DNA from: Chitinophagales bacterium
Lineage (GTDB): Bacteria > Bacteroidota > Bacteroidia > Chitinophagales > Chitinophagaceae
Reading direction: 5' to 3'
Assembly (NCBI GenBank): GCA_015655125.1
Contig: JAATFP010000109.1
Span: 1,798-65,797, forward strand
DNA length: 64,000 nt
The notes under the pieces are model-generated. The model was not told where the DNA came from. It saw nothing but the letters and a program-made list of their open reading frames with translations, and made no database searches. Positions 19,260 to 28,078 of this stretch are shown here, piece after piece. Position 1 is the stretch's first letter, and each line of letters opens with the position of its first letter. The position numbers and the translations under genes are program-made.

Positions 19260-19841
19260 ATGAAATTTCTAAACAACCTCACTGACCAGCAGCTCGTACA
19301 CCTTTACATGGATGGCGATTCAAATGCTCTTTCAACTCTTGTAACGCGCTACAAAGACAAGATCTTTACTTCCATTTATTTGCTTGTAAAAGACAAATAC
19401 TTAGCAGAAGACATTTTCCAGGACGTTTTCATCCGGATTATCGACACTTTAAAAGGTGGCCGTTATACAGACGAAGGGAAGTTTCTTCCATGGGCAATGC
19501 GTATTGCGCACAATCTTTGTGTGGATCATTTCAGGAAAGTAAAACGCAGCCCGGCCATCAAAACCAGCGATGACCGCGATATTTTTGAAGTGTTAAATTT
19601 TTCCGAAGCAGGTGTTGACCAGCGTATGATGGCTGAACAAACACACGAGAAAGTAAGAAAGATGATTGATATGTTACCTGAAGATCAGCGTGAAGTGATT
19701 ATCATGCGTCATTACGCCGACCTGAGTTTCAAAGAAATTTCTACCTTAACCGACTGCAGCATCAACACTGCATTAGGAAGAATGAGATATGGTTTGATCA
19801 ACCTTCGCAAAATGATGACTGAAAAGCAAATTGCTTTGTAA
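19260..19841 (+). CDS. ECF-type sigma-70 factor
   Basis: Region 2 (AEDIFQDVFI, WAMRIAHNLCVDHFRK) and region 4 (LPEDQREVIIMRHY, SINTALGRMRY); 193 aa; no anti-sigma gene adjacent. Confidence 0.93.
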   Translation: MKFLNNLTDQQLVHLYMDGDSNALSTLVTRYKDKIFTSIYLLVKDKYLAEDIFQDVFIRIIDTLKGGRYTDEGKFLPWAMRIAHNLCVDHFRKVKRSPAIKTSDDRDIFEVLNFSEAGVDQRMMAEQTHEKVRKMIDMLPEDQREVIIMRHYADLSFKEISTLTDCSINTALGRMRYGLINLRKMMTEKQIAL

Positions 19842-19875
19842 GATATAGGTTCCACATCCCCAAAGAGAACCAACT

Positions 19876-19911
19876 AAAAACTCCGCAGATCTGTCTTGCG
19901 GAGTTTTTTTT
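19876..19911. terminator. Bidirectional intrinsic terminator
   Basis: aaaaactccgca...tgcggagttttttt between the convergent sigma and dsbD genes. Confidence 0.85.
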
Positions 19912-20034
19912 GCAATGGACTGCCATGGTTTTCGCAGGTAATTCAGATAATTTTTAAACTACGATCTTGCAGGTCACAACCAGCCAGTCTGCAACCGCTA
20001 TTGTTTGCGATGTCTTCCAATTCCTACACTATTT

Positions 20035-21993
20035 CTATTTCTTCTCAAAAGCATCTACCCCGCATTGCAACCATGCCAGGTATTCGGATTTTGATGGAGT
20101 GTAGCCAACAGGATGAGATAATAACACTTCATCGGTATTTAAGACAGCATACAAAGGTTGCGCATTGTTCTTGAAATTTTCTGTTTCGAAAGTTGCCCAT
20201 TTGTCGCCTATCGTGATAATCTGCTTATCTGCACCTTCCTTTGTTTTATAAGTAAATTGTTCGGCGGAAGGTAATTTCTTTTTATCGTCAACATATAGGG
20301 AGATGACGATAAAGTTTTCTTTCATGAGTTTATATACCTCCGGATCGCTCCATACATTTTCTTCCATGCGACGGCAATTTACGCAGGCATAGCCGGTGAA
20401 GTCGAGTAATATGGGCTTATGTTGTTCGCGCGCCATCTTTAATCCGGCTTCATAATCGCGCGAGCAATTCAGATCGAGTACGCAATCATGGCCGCTTTTA
20501 TAAATACTATTGTAAAGCGGTGGCGGAAATCCACTGATCAGTTTAAGGTTAGCATACTTCGTATTTGTCAAACCCGGAATAAGATAAAGCGTTGCGGTTA
20601 CGGCGATCAACCCTAATAAAACGCGTACCGGAGGTAATTTCGTTTTCGGAGAATCATGCTTAAACCTGATCACGCCAAAAAGATATAATGCCAATGCAGC
20701 GGTCACCAATACCCAGATACCGATAAACACCTCGCGTTTTAACAAGCCCCAATGCATTACAAGATCGGCATTTGATAAGAATTTGAATGCAAGTCCGAGC
20801 TCGATAAATGCCAGCACGATCTTTACGGAAGTGAGCCATCCGCCCGACTTCGGCAATGATTTGAGCCAGTTAGGGAAGAGAGCAAACAATGCAAAAGGCA
20901 GCGCCAGCGCCAGTCCGAAGCCGCCCATACCCGCAGTAAGCTGCATTGCTCCACCATCGGCAGAAAGCGAACCTGCCAGAAGCGAACCGAGTATCGGGCC
21001 CGTGCAGGAAAACGATACCAGTGCCAGCGTGAGTGCCATAAAGAAGATCCCTGCAATGTTACCCGCACCAGCTTTACTATCTGTACTATTGGAGATGCTG
21101 CTCGGCAAGGTGATCTCGAACAACCCGAAAAAAGAAAGTGCGAAAACGATGAAGATCACAAAAAACGCAATATTGAGATATGGATTGGTAGAGATATTAT
21201 TGAGTATCTCCGGATTGTTGTGATCAAGAAAATGAAACGGCAGGCTCAGCAATACATAGATCATGAAAATAAAAAAGCCATAGAGGAAAGCATTAGTGAT
21301 ACCGGCTTTGCGGCTCGTTGCTTTTTTTGTAAAGAAAGTTACTGTTAATGGTATCATTGGAAACACGCATGGCGTAAGCAAAGCCACTAATCCGCCTAAA
21401 AAACCAAGTATGAATAATGAAAGTAATCCCTTTGACCCGGGTGCAGCGGCGCTGCCGTTTGCACCACAATCCGTGAGCGGCTTATCGAGATTTATTGCCG
21501 GGATCAAAATGCGGTTGGCATTTGCCGCAACAGCAACACCCCCTTCCAGGTTTGCAGCAAGCGGATCATCATGATGAAGAAATGTTTTGCCATCGGCGAT
21601 ATCATAACTGATCGTGAATTTTAAAACAGCCGGAACCTGACCAGTGATAGAAACGACCTGGTTAAACTGTACCGAGGAAGCAAACGCATCTACGTTTTTT
21701 TCAAACACACCGTCCTTAATAATAATTTGCTTACTGAAAGATGCAACCTGGATGAAAGTAGTAGCGCTGTCCTCATCATTTAAAACAATGCCTTCCAGTT
21801 CTTCCATTTCCATTTTAGGATAGATATACCAACCCTTGTCGATACTTCCGGAAACGGACAGATCATATTTGCCTTCTGCTTTCTTTTTTGCAGTCACCTG
21901 CCATTTCACATGCGAACTATCCTGCGCAATTGAGTTCGCTGAAAAACCAATCAGAAAAAACAGGACCGCCGATAACCATTTAACCTTCGCCAT
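20035..21993 (-). CDS. dsbD: Thiol:disulfide interchange protein DsbD (N-terminal domain, CcdA-like TM domain, thioredoxin-like C domain)
   Basis: TM cysteines TPCVFPMIP and FSCTGP; C-terminal FTGYACVNCRRME. Confidence 0.9.
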   Translation of the reverse strand: MAKVKWLSAVLFFLIGFSANSIAQDSSHVKWQVTAKKKAEGKYDLSVSGSIDKGWYIYPKMEMEELEGIVLNDEDSATTFIQVASFSKQIIIKDGVFEKNVDAFASSVQFNQVVSITGQVPAVLKFTISYDIADGKTFLHHDDPLAANLEGGVAVAANANRILIPAINLDKPLTDCGANGSAAAPGSKGLLSLFILGFLGGLVALLTPCVFPMIPLTVTFFTKKATSRKAGITNAFLYGFFIFMIYVLLSLPFHFLDHNNPEILNNISTNPYLNIAFFVIFIVFALSFFGLFEITLPSSISNSTDSKAGAGNIAGIFFMALTLALVSFSCTGPILGSLLAGSLSADGGAMQLTAGMGGFGLALALPFALFALFPNWLKSLPKSGGWLTSVKIVLAFIELGLAFKFLSNADLVMHWGLLKREVFIGIWVLVTAALALYLFGVIRFKHDSPKTKLPPVRVLLGLIAVTATLYLIPGLTNTKYANLKLISGFPPPLYNSIYKSGHDCVLDLNCSRDYEAGLKMAREQHKPILLDFTGYACVNCRRMEENVWSDPEVYKLMKENFIVISLYVDDKKKLPSAEQFTYKTKEGADKQIITIGDKWATFETENFKNNAQPLYAVLNTDEVLLSHPVGYTPSKSEYLAWLQCGVDAFEKK

Positions 21994-22004
21994 AAAAAAT
22001 GTTT

Positions 22005-22030
22005 AAAAAAAATCCCGATAAAATCGGGAT
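22005..22030 (-). terminator. Terminator-like hairpin between the two dsbD-related genes
   Basis: Minus strand atcccgat-ttt-atcgggat followed by a T7 run. Confidence 0.6.
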
Positions 22031-22049
22031 AGAAGGATAAAATTAAAAA

Positions 22050-22508
22050 TTATTTACCGCCAAGCTTTACACTAAACGGAATTTCTTTTGGCGGAAGACA
22101 TTTTTTATCATTGCATACCATAAATTCAACCGTACCGTTTACCACTGTGGCAGCGGCAGTTTTTACTTTCACCATTTGTTTAAATGTAACTTTCGTTGTA
22201 TAGAATTTCAATACGGAATGAAAATTTGCATCGTATTCTTTAATAAGTTTCCCATCTTCTTTCACTTTTCCATCAGCTGTTACCAGTGGGTTTTTCGCAA
22301 AAGTAAAAGCTGTCGGAACCGGTCCTTCCCCCGCGTCTTGTGCATATAAGTGCCAGCCTGGGGCAATCCCGGCAGTTAATTGTATTTCATATGTTTTATC
22401 AGCTATTTTTTTTGCAGTGTAGTTCCAGGTTACCGGGTTTTCGATCTGCGCAAAAGCGCCAGCGATGATGCTAAAAACAAAGGCAAGCGTGAGTGAAAAT
22501 CTTTTCAT
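22050..22508 (-). CDS. Stand-alone DsbD N-terminal (alpha) domain protein with signal peptide
   Basis: Signal peptide ending AFA-Q, PVTW, GWHLYA, FMVCNDKKCLPP. Confidence 0.85.
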   Translation of the reverse strand: MKRFSLTLAFVFSIIAGAFAQIENPVTWNYTAKKIADKTYEIQLTAGIAPGWHLYAQDAGEGPVPTAFTFAKNPLVTADGKVKEDGKLIKEYDANFHSVLKFYTTKVTFKQMVKVKTAAATVVNGTVEFMVCNDKKCLPPKEIPFSVKLGGK

Positions 22509-22583
22509 CGTTGAGGTTTTTAATTTATGGCAAAGATATTTCAGCGGCTGTTGGAAGGCTGTTAAACTTTGTTAATTATCTTC

Positions 22584-23249
22584 TTATGAAAGCGCAAACA
22601 ATGAGTTGAAAACGGTTTTGCCGTCTACATTGTTCAAAATATCACTGCAGGCGCGTTCCGGATGCGGCATCATGCCAAATACGTTTCTGTTTTTATTGCA
22701 GATACCGGCTATGTTATTGGTGGCACCATTTGGATTGCTTTCGGCATTTACATTGCCTGCCGCATCGCAGTAACGATATAAAATCTGGTTATTAGAAGTA
22801 AGGGTTGACAATACATCGTTGCTGGCAAAATATCTTCCTTCGCCGTGGGCAACGGGGATTTTCAGTGTAGCATTTCCTTTTTCTTCTTTAATGAAAACGT
22901 TTTTACAAACGAACTGTTGTTTTGCGTTGCGAAGCAATACGCCGGGCAACAAGCCGCTTTCGCACAATATCTGGAAGCCGTTGCAAACTCCGAGTACCTT
23001 GCCACCATTGTTGGCAAAATCGATGACGCTTTTCATCATCGGGCTAAAACGGGCGATGGCGCCGCAACGGAGGTAATCGCCATAACTGAAACCTCCTGGT
23101 AAAACGATACAATCTTCGGTGGAGAACAAGCTTAGATCTTTGTCTTTGTGCCAGAGCGGAACAACATCCTGGTTGAGATCATGTTGAAGTGCGCCGATCA
23201 TGTCCCTATCGCAATTGGAACCCGGAAAAACAACCACACCAAATTTCAT
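22584..23249 (-). CDS. purQ: Phosphoribosylformylglycinamidine synthase subunit PurQ
   Basis: VVVFPGSNCDRD, LPGGFSYGDYLR, GVCNGFQIL, MMPHPER. Start moved to ATG 23249. Confidence 0.97.
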   Translation of the reverse strand: MKFGVVVFPGSNCDRDMIGALQHDLNQDVVPLWHKDKDLSLFSTEDCIVLPGGFSYGDYLRCGAIARFSPMMKSVIDFANNGGKVLGVCNGFQILCESGLLPGVLLRNAKQQFVCKNVFIKEEKGNATLKIPVAHGEGRYFASNDVLSTLTSNNQILYRYCDAAGNVNAESNPNGATNNIAGICNKNRNVFGMMPHPERACSDILNNVDGKTVFNSLFALS

Positions 23250-23276
23250 AATATAGAATTTTAGCTTGAAGAAGTG

Positions 23277-23284
23277 CAAATGTA
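23277..23284 (-). promoter_or_regulatory. -7 element of purQ
   Basis: Minus strand TACATTTG, overlapping one end of the 53-bp palindrome. Confidence 0.6.
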
Positions 23285-23333
23285 CGATAAATGGGTTGAC
23301 ATCCCATTGGGATGTCAACCCATTTATCGTACA
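23281..23333. repeat. Perfect 53-bp palindrome (26-1-26)
   Basis: tgtacgataaatgggttgacatccca-t-tgggatgtcaacccatttatcgtaca. Confidence 0.95.
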
Positions 23334-24304
23334 AAATAGCTCACCACCACCACCATCGCCACCATCGCCCAATGAAGAAACAACGGCACCCACTTTTTTT
23401 CAGGGTAAAAGAAGGCTGCAGCCATAATTAGAGACAGCGGAACTGCCGTCAATATCCAGTAATTAAAGCCAGGAACAATATTCAAAAAAGGAATTCCCGC
23501 CGCAACAATTAGGTACAAATAAACAAGCTGCCAGCTCTTTCGGGTCTGCACCACCTGTCGACGAAGGTTGTTTTGTATGAAAACAATTCCGATCAAACCC
23601 GTTATCAGCAACAAAATGATGGCGGCCAGCGTCCATCCCGATTCATAAAAAGTGGGTAACATCAGCCCCGTCTGCGGTAGCCGGTAAGTCTTCCATTTGT
23701 CCGTGAGAAATAACCATGCACCAAAGAAGTAAAAAGGAGTACCAATACCTACGAGCGCCATTAACCACTCCGGAAGTTTGAAAGGACGCGCGATAGCCAG
23801 TCCTACCAATGCCAGCAAGGCAAATAAAATGCTGGGGTAATAAAAAAAAGTACAAACACCAATCGTCAATCCGATATTGAATATAGCCGTCTTTGGCGAA
23901 GAATGATTGTGAAGGAAACAAAGTTGCGACCAAACCCAGATCAGGAATGTATTAACTATAAGAGGAGCCGACAGGCAGAACCAGTCTGCAAAAAGGGAAG
24001 TTACCAGCAGGTAACTCATCCCTACAAGGTAGTTTGGCCGTTGCAGCATTCGCTGTGAATTAACCACGGTATTAAAACTGATGGCTTGTATGTATAATAA
24101 AACAAAACCAATGATACTGTAGATAATCGGCGAGGACGCTCCTGCCGGACGGATCAATTGCAAAAAATAATTATACAAAACACCAGCAGATACCTGTGCC
24201 TTCGGAACTTCCGGGTGCAGAAAGATGGCAAACTTAAGGACAAGTCCGTACACGAAAAGTAGAAAATTGTTGTAAGGATTGTTTGCTTTGAAGGTTGCTA
24301 TCAC
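23324..24304 (-). CDS. Conserved Bacteroidota multi-pass membrane protein (DUF6427-like)
   Basis: About 10 hydrophobic segments, 326 aa, GTG start. Family name from recall only. Confidence 0.7.
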   Translation of the reverse strand: MIATFKANNPYNNFLLFVYGLVLKFAIFLHPEVPKAQVSAGVLYNYFLQLIRPAGASSPIIYSIIGFVLLYIQAISFNTVVNSQRMLQRPNYLVGMSYLLVTSLFADWFCLSAPLIVNTFLIWVWSQLCFLHNHSSPKTAIFNIGLTIGVCTFFYYPSILFALLALVGLAIARPFKLPEWLMALVGIGTPFYFFGAWLFLTDKWKTYRLPQTGLMLPTFYESGWTLAAIILLLITGLIGIVFIQNNLRRQVVQTRKSWQLVYLYLIVAAGIPFLNIVPGFNYWILTAVPLSLIMAAAFFYPEKKWVPLFLHWAMVAMVVVVSYFVR

Positions 24305-24370
24305 AATAACGAAATTGAAAAAATTTATTACAAAAGTGAATAATAAATAGCAGAAAGCAATAAAAACGAA

Positions 24371-24512
24371 TCGCAGATTTTAAATTGATTCGAAGATCGG
24401 CCGATAATAATCCTGCTTCTTAAGGTTGCGCAAAGATTACATAAATCCGGCAACAAAGATCACCGGACGCTGAGATATGCCGGTATGCCCGGGCATGAAA
24501 AAAAATCTGTGA
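24371..24512. repeat. Spacer element bounded by CGCAGATT / AATCTGYG inverted ends
   Basis: tcgcagatttt (24371-24381) vs aaaatctgtga (24502-24512), 10/11 complementary; same ends as 57525-57702. Confidence 0.5.
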
Positions 24513-24520
24513 TCCGGCTC

Positions 24521-26035
24521 TCAATTAAAATCGATCTTCGCAAATCCCACGAAATTCCGGAACAGGCACGGCACGATTACCTGCCTTGAACTTACCTGCT
24601 TAAGTAACCTCGGCATGAATGTATACCCTTTTTCGCCGCTCTTGATGGTCGCATAACGTTTTATTTCGCCATCCGGCTGGAGCGCAAAATCATTGATCAC
24701 CTGCTTGTTTTTGTCCACAAACAGGTAATGGATTTCGCTGCCCATATTGATCGTGGCGAAAGACAGGAAGTTGTCGGTTTCCACATCAGATTGCTTTTTA
24801 TTAATGATATTGCTCCACTTCATGGTAAGGTCTTTGCTGAAGTTGAATATCATCACGTCATTATAATTGTATACCATGTCGCGTTCTGTGTTGCGGAAAG
24901 GATCGTTCCAATAGTAGCTGTTATAATAACTGTTTCGTTGAAAGCGGTAATAGTAAGGAGAAGAATAATAATACGGATCATAATAAGAACGGTTCCATCG
25001 GTTATTGAAGCCGCGGTTCTGCGAATAAAAATCTTCCATCGTGATCAGCAATCCGCTGTCTTTTTTAAGTACGATGCTTTTAATATAAAAATTATTATAT
25101 GCTGCGCGCCAGTCGAGCGTGTTGGTAAGGCGGCTGCGCAAGCTGTCATCAAAAATATTGTATGCCCGTTGTTTTTCCTGCAGATCGTCTTTATTGAAAA
25201 CGGCCGTCAGCAAGCCTTCCACATTAGCAATATTTTTTTTGTAAACAAATGAATTGATGAAGATTAATTTATTCTGGTTATCGATCTTGAAATTTACATC
25301 CATGATCTTTTTTTCATCGAGCGGGATATCTTTCGTAAAAAAACCATCTGAATTCGGCTTATGATAAGCGATCTCCAGTTTACTGATATAATCGGAACGG
25401 TTCTTATTTGATTGGCGCGTGTAAAAAAATGTGCCTTCATTGTCAATCTCCAGATCGCCGTAGGTTTCCCGGCGATCATCATAATCAAATATATTCACTG
25501 TGCTGTCTGTTTTCCTAAGTTCCGAATTAAAAAGGGACGTAGACAGCGTGAGTTTATCATTTTTGCGCATCATCTTGTACAAAAGAATCTTTTGTTTGTC
25601 TTCGCTGTTGTTCAGATAATAGATCTTGTTGTCTGCCAGGAAGCTAATTTTCGCAGTATCAAGATACATTTCGTCGCCGATCATGTTGCCCGAACCATCC
25701 ATTTTTGCTGCGTTGCAATAAATGTAGTTTCCTTTTTGATATTGAAAAAAAACAAGGAAATAATCCGGGTAAGTGATGAAGTCGACATTGAAGGTTTTCT
25801 CAGAAATAAAATCCAGTTTAATCGTATTCTCCAGTACCATATCATTCGAATAAATGGCGAGCCGGTGTTTGCGGTTGATATTTTTATACACAAGATATTT
25901 TCCGCCAAAATTTCCCAATATCTCAAAATTCATATTGCGGTTATCTTCCCGAACGATATCAGAATAAGTGACTCGCTGAGCGAAAGAAGCTGCTGAAAGC
26001 ATAAGAAAAGTGGCAAAAAGAAAGATTCGTTTCAT
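24521..26035 (-). CDS. Secreted hypothetical protein, beta-rich, with a Tyr-rich insert
   Basis: Signal peptide ending SFA-Q; 504 aa; no recognised catalytic motif. Confidence 0.8.
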   Translation of the reverse strand: MKRIFLFATFLMLSAASFAQRVTYSDIVREDNRNMNFEILGNFGGKYLVYKNINRKHRLAIYSNDMVLENTIKLDFISEKTFNVDFITYPDYFLVFFQYQKGNYIYCNAAKMDGSGNMIGDEMYLDTAKISFLADNKIYYLNNSEDKQKILLYKMMRKNDKLTLSTSLFNSELRKTDSTVNIFDYDDRRETYGDLEIDNEGTFFYTRQSNKNRSDYISKLEIAYHKPNSDGFFTKDIPLDEKKIMDVNFKIDNQNKLIFINSFVYKKNIANVEGLLTAVFNKDDLQEKQRAYNIFDDSLRSRLTNTLDWRAAYNNFYIKSIVLKKDSGLLITMEDFYSQNRGFNNRWNRSYYDPYYYSSPYYYRFQRNSYYNSYYWNDPFRNTERDMVYNYNDVMIFNFSKDLTMKWSNIINKKQSDVETDNFLSFATINMGSEIHYLFVDKNKQVINDFALQPDGEIKRYATIKSGEKGYTFMPRLLKQVSSRQVIVPCLFRNFVGFAKIDFN

Positions 26036-26124
26036 CTGTTATGGTGTTTGGTTTTCGACAGCCGGTGACCAATATGCTGATACTAATGGTTCAATCGATT
26101 TTGCATAAATTTACGGATAAAAAT

Positions 26125-26235
26125 GTTCAAGGTTCAAGGTAGAAGGTTCAAAGTTTTGCCAATTTAATACTCAATGCCCGATAGCTTTGTATCTGAATTG
26201 AATTAACTCCGAATTTTAATCCTTGAACCCTTAAC
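26125..26235. repeat. Heptamer array with inverted copy
   Basis: gttcaag gttcaag gtagaag gttcaaa (26125-26152) and tttaatc cttgaac ccttaac (26215-26235). Confidence 0.7.
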
Positions 26236-26243
26236 TACTATAC

Positions 26244-27167
26244 ATGCAAACAATACTCATCACCGGCGGAACCGGATTACTCGGAAACGCGCTCATACAG
26301 CTTTTGAAAGACAATGGTTATCACAGTATCATACTAACGCGCAGTCTGAAAGACAGGACGAACGACGAATGGGTGAGCTATGCTTTATGGGACGTGAAGA
26401 ACAGAACGATCGATCTGGCAGCCGTTCAGAGAGCCGATCATGTCATTCATCTTGCGGGCGCCGGTGTGGTAGAAAAAAAATGGACCGAAGCCTACAAAAA
26501 AGAGATCGTCGATAGCCGCACAGAAAGCGCGCGGCTTGTGATAGAAACGCTTCGCAACAATCCGCATCGTGTAAAAACTATTGTGAGCGCGTCGGCCATA
26601 GGTTGGTACGGCGAAGATAGAATTCCCGGAAAAAGTTTTACGGAAGACGATAAACCAGATCCTGGTTTTCTTGGCGAAACCTGCCGCCTTTGGGAAGAAA
26701 GCATTTCTACCGCAGAAGACCTGGGCATCCGTGTTTGCAAAATCAGGATCGGTATTTTGCTAAGTGCCGTCGGCGGCGCATACGCCGAATTTGTGAAGCC
26801 CGTAAAATTTGGCTTTGCCACTATTCTCGGAAACGGAAAACAAATGGTGAGCTGGATACATATCGATGACGTATGCAGAATATTCCTTCACGCTGTACAA
26901 CATCCATCGCTGAGCGGAAGTTACAATGCCGTCGCGCCTTCACCGGTCACAAACAAAACACTGATGATGAAGATCGGTGAAGCGCTGAAAGGGAAATTCT
27001 TCATTTCTGTATATGTTCCCGCATTTGTATTAAATATCATGATGGGAAAACGCAGCATCGAAGTACTTAAAAGTACAACAGTGAGTTGCAGCAAAATAAA
27101 AGAGGCAGGGTTTACTTTTTTGTATCCGGGGCTTGATGCGGCACTGAACGATCTCGCAAAAAAATAA
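26244..27167 (+). CDS. TIGR01777-type NAD-dependent epimerase/oxidoreductase (YfcH-like)
   Basis: ILITGGTGLLG, VIHLAGAG, SASAIGWYG, WIHIDD, YNAVAPSPVTN. Confidence 0.9.
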   Translation: MQTILITGGTGLLGNALIQLLKDNGYHSIILTRSLKDRTNDEWVSYALWDVKNRTIDLAAVQRADHVIHLAGAGVVEKKWTEAYKKEIVDSRTESARLVIETLRNNPHRVKTIVSASAIGWYGEDRIPGKSFTEDDKPDPGFLGETCRLWEESISTAEDLGIRVCKIRIGILLSAVGGAYAEFVKPVKFGFATILGNGKQMVSWIHIDDVCRIFLHAVQHPSLSGSYNAVAPSPVTNKTLMMKIGEALKGKFFISVYVPAFVLNIMMGKRSIEVLKSTTVSCSKIKEAGFTFLYPGLDAALNDLAKK

Positions 27168-27171
27168 TCTT

Positions 27172-27978
27172 CTACGTTTTAAGATCAGATTTTCTGAAAT
27201 AACTGATCACGATGTACCCGTAAATAACGATGTAGGTAACAGATGCGATAATCAGCGAATAATCGGGTACCGTACGCATATTGAAAGCTTTCGGATTAAA
27301 AGGATTTGACACCAATGAATCCGCAGCATCCAGCGGCATGAAATAACCGATCTGGCTTCCCTGGAAAGTAAAACTTGCCCACAAAATATTGTCTACAATA
27401 AATACCACCGCAAAATAAATGATGATGGCAAGTCCCGTCCGCTTCACAAGTATCGCGATCAGGAAGGCGACCATGAGATACAAGGTTGCCATCAATGCAT
27501 AATAACCTATAAAATGAACCGACCTGAAAATATCGGAAGCCGAAGGTGAATAATACAAGCCAACGGCAAGGGCAGAAAGAAAAACCAGTACCGTAGAGAT
27601 CGCAACAAAAAATATCAGCAGCGAAAATTTGGCTTTTAGAAAATCCATGCGGCTCCAGCCGTCGATGATGTTCTGGCGATGCGTTCTGTATTGAACCTCG
27701 TTGGTGATGAGCAAAATAAACAACATTCCAACAAGGATAAAAAAGAGTCCGCCAAACCAGCTTGCCGTGTGCCATATCTTTGGAAAAACATAAGGCGTAT
27801 CAATCAATGCATCGATCATTCTGCCTTCCATCCCTGATTTGGCTGAGGTAAATTCATTGTACTTGCTCGCGGAAAAAAAGAACGCCAACGGATAAGAAAC
27901 CAGAAAACCACCAAACAGGATCCAGAATGTTCTGTAGGTTTTTAATTTGAGCCATTCTATTTTAAAAAGATTCAACAT
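27172..27978 (-). CDS. ABC-2 transporter permease
   Basis: Six TM segments, LITNEVQYRTHRQNIIDGWSR motif; follows the ATPase gene. Confidence 0.85.
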   Translation of the reverse strand: MLNLFKIEWLKLKTYRTFWILFGGFLVSYPLAFFFSASKYNEFTSAKSGMEGRMIDALIDTPYVFPKIWHTASWFGGLFFILVGMLFILLITNEVQYRTHRQNIIDGWSRMDFLKAKFSLLIFFVAISTVLVFLSALAVGLYYSPSASDIFRSVHFIGYYALMATLYLMVAFLIAILVKRTGLAIIIYFAVVFIVDNILWASFTFQGSQIGYFMPLDAADSLVSNPFNPKAFNMRTVPDYSLIIASVTYIVIYGYIVISYFRKSDLKT

Positions 27979-27993
27979 ATAAATAGTTTAAAA

Positions 27994-28078
27994 GTTAGTG
28001 TTTAGAGGCTAGCAGCCGAAGCCTGAAGTTTAGAGTCGGATACGGCTTTACTTAACCGCTGAACCCTAAACACGCAAC
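27994..28078. repeat. Heptamer-register array with inverted copy inside the ABC operon spacer
   Basis: tttagag at 28001 and 28029 (4x7 apart); gtgtttag (27998-28005) vs ctaaacac (28066-28073). Confidence 0.5.

Noticed and set aside
23341-23370. caccaccac / catcgccac short repeats
   Set aside because: They simply encode AMVAMVVVV in a terminal TM helix.
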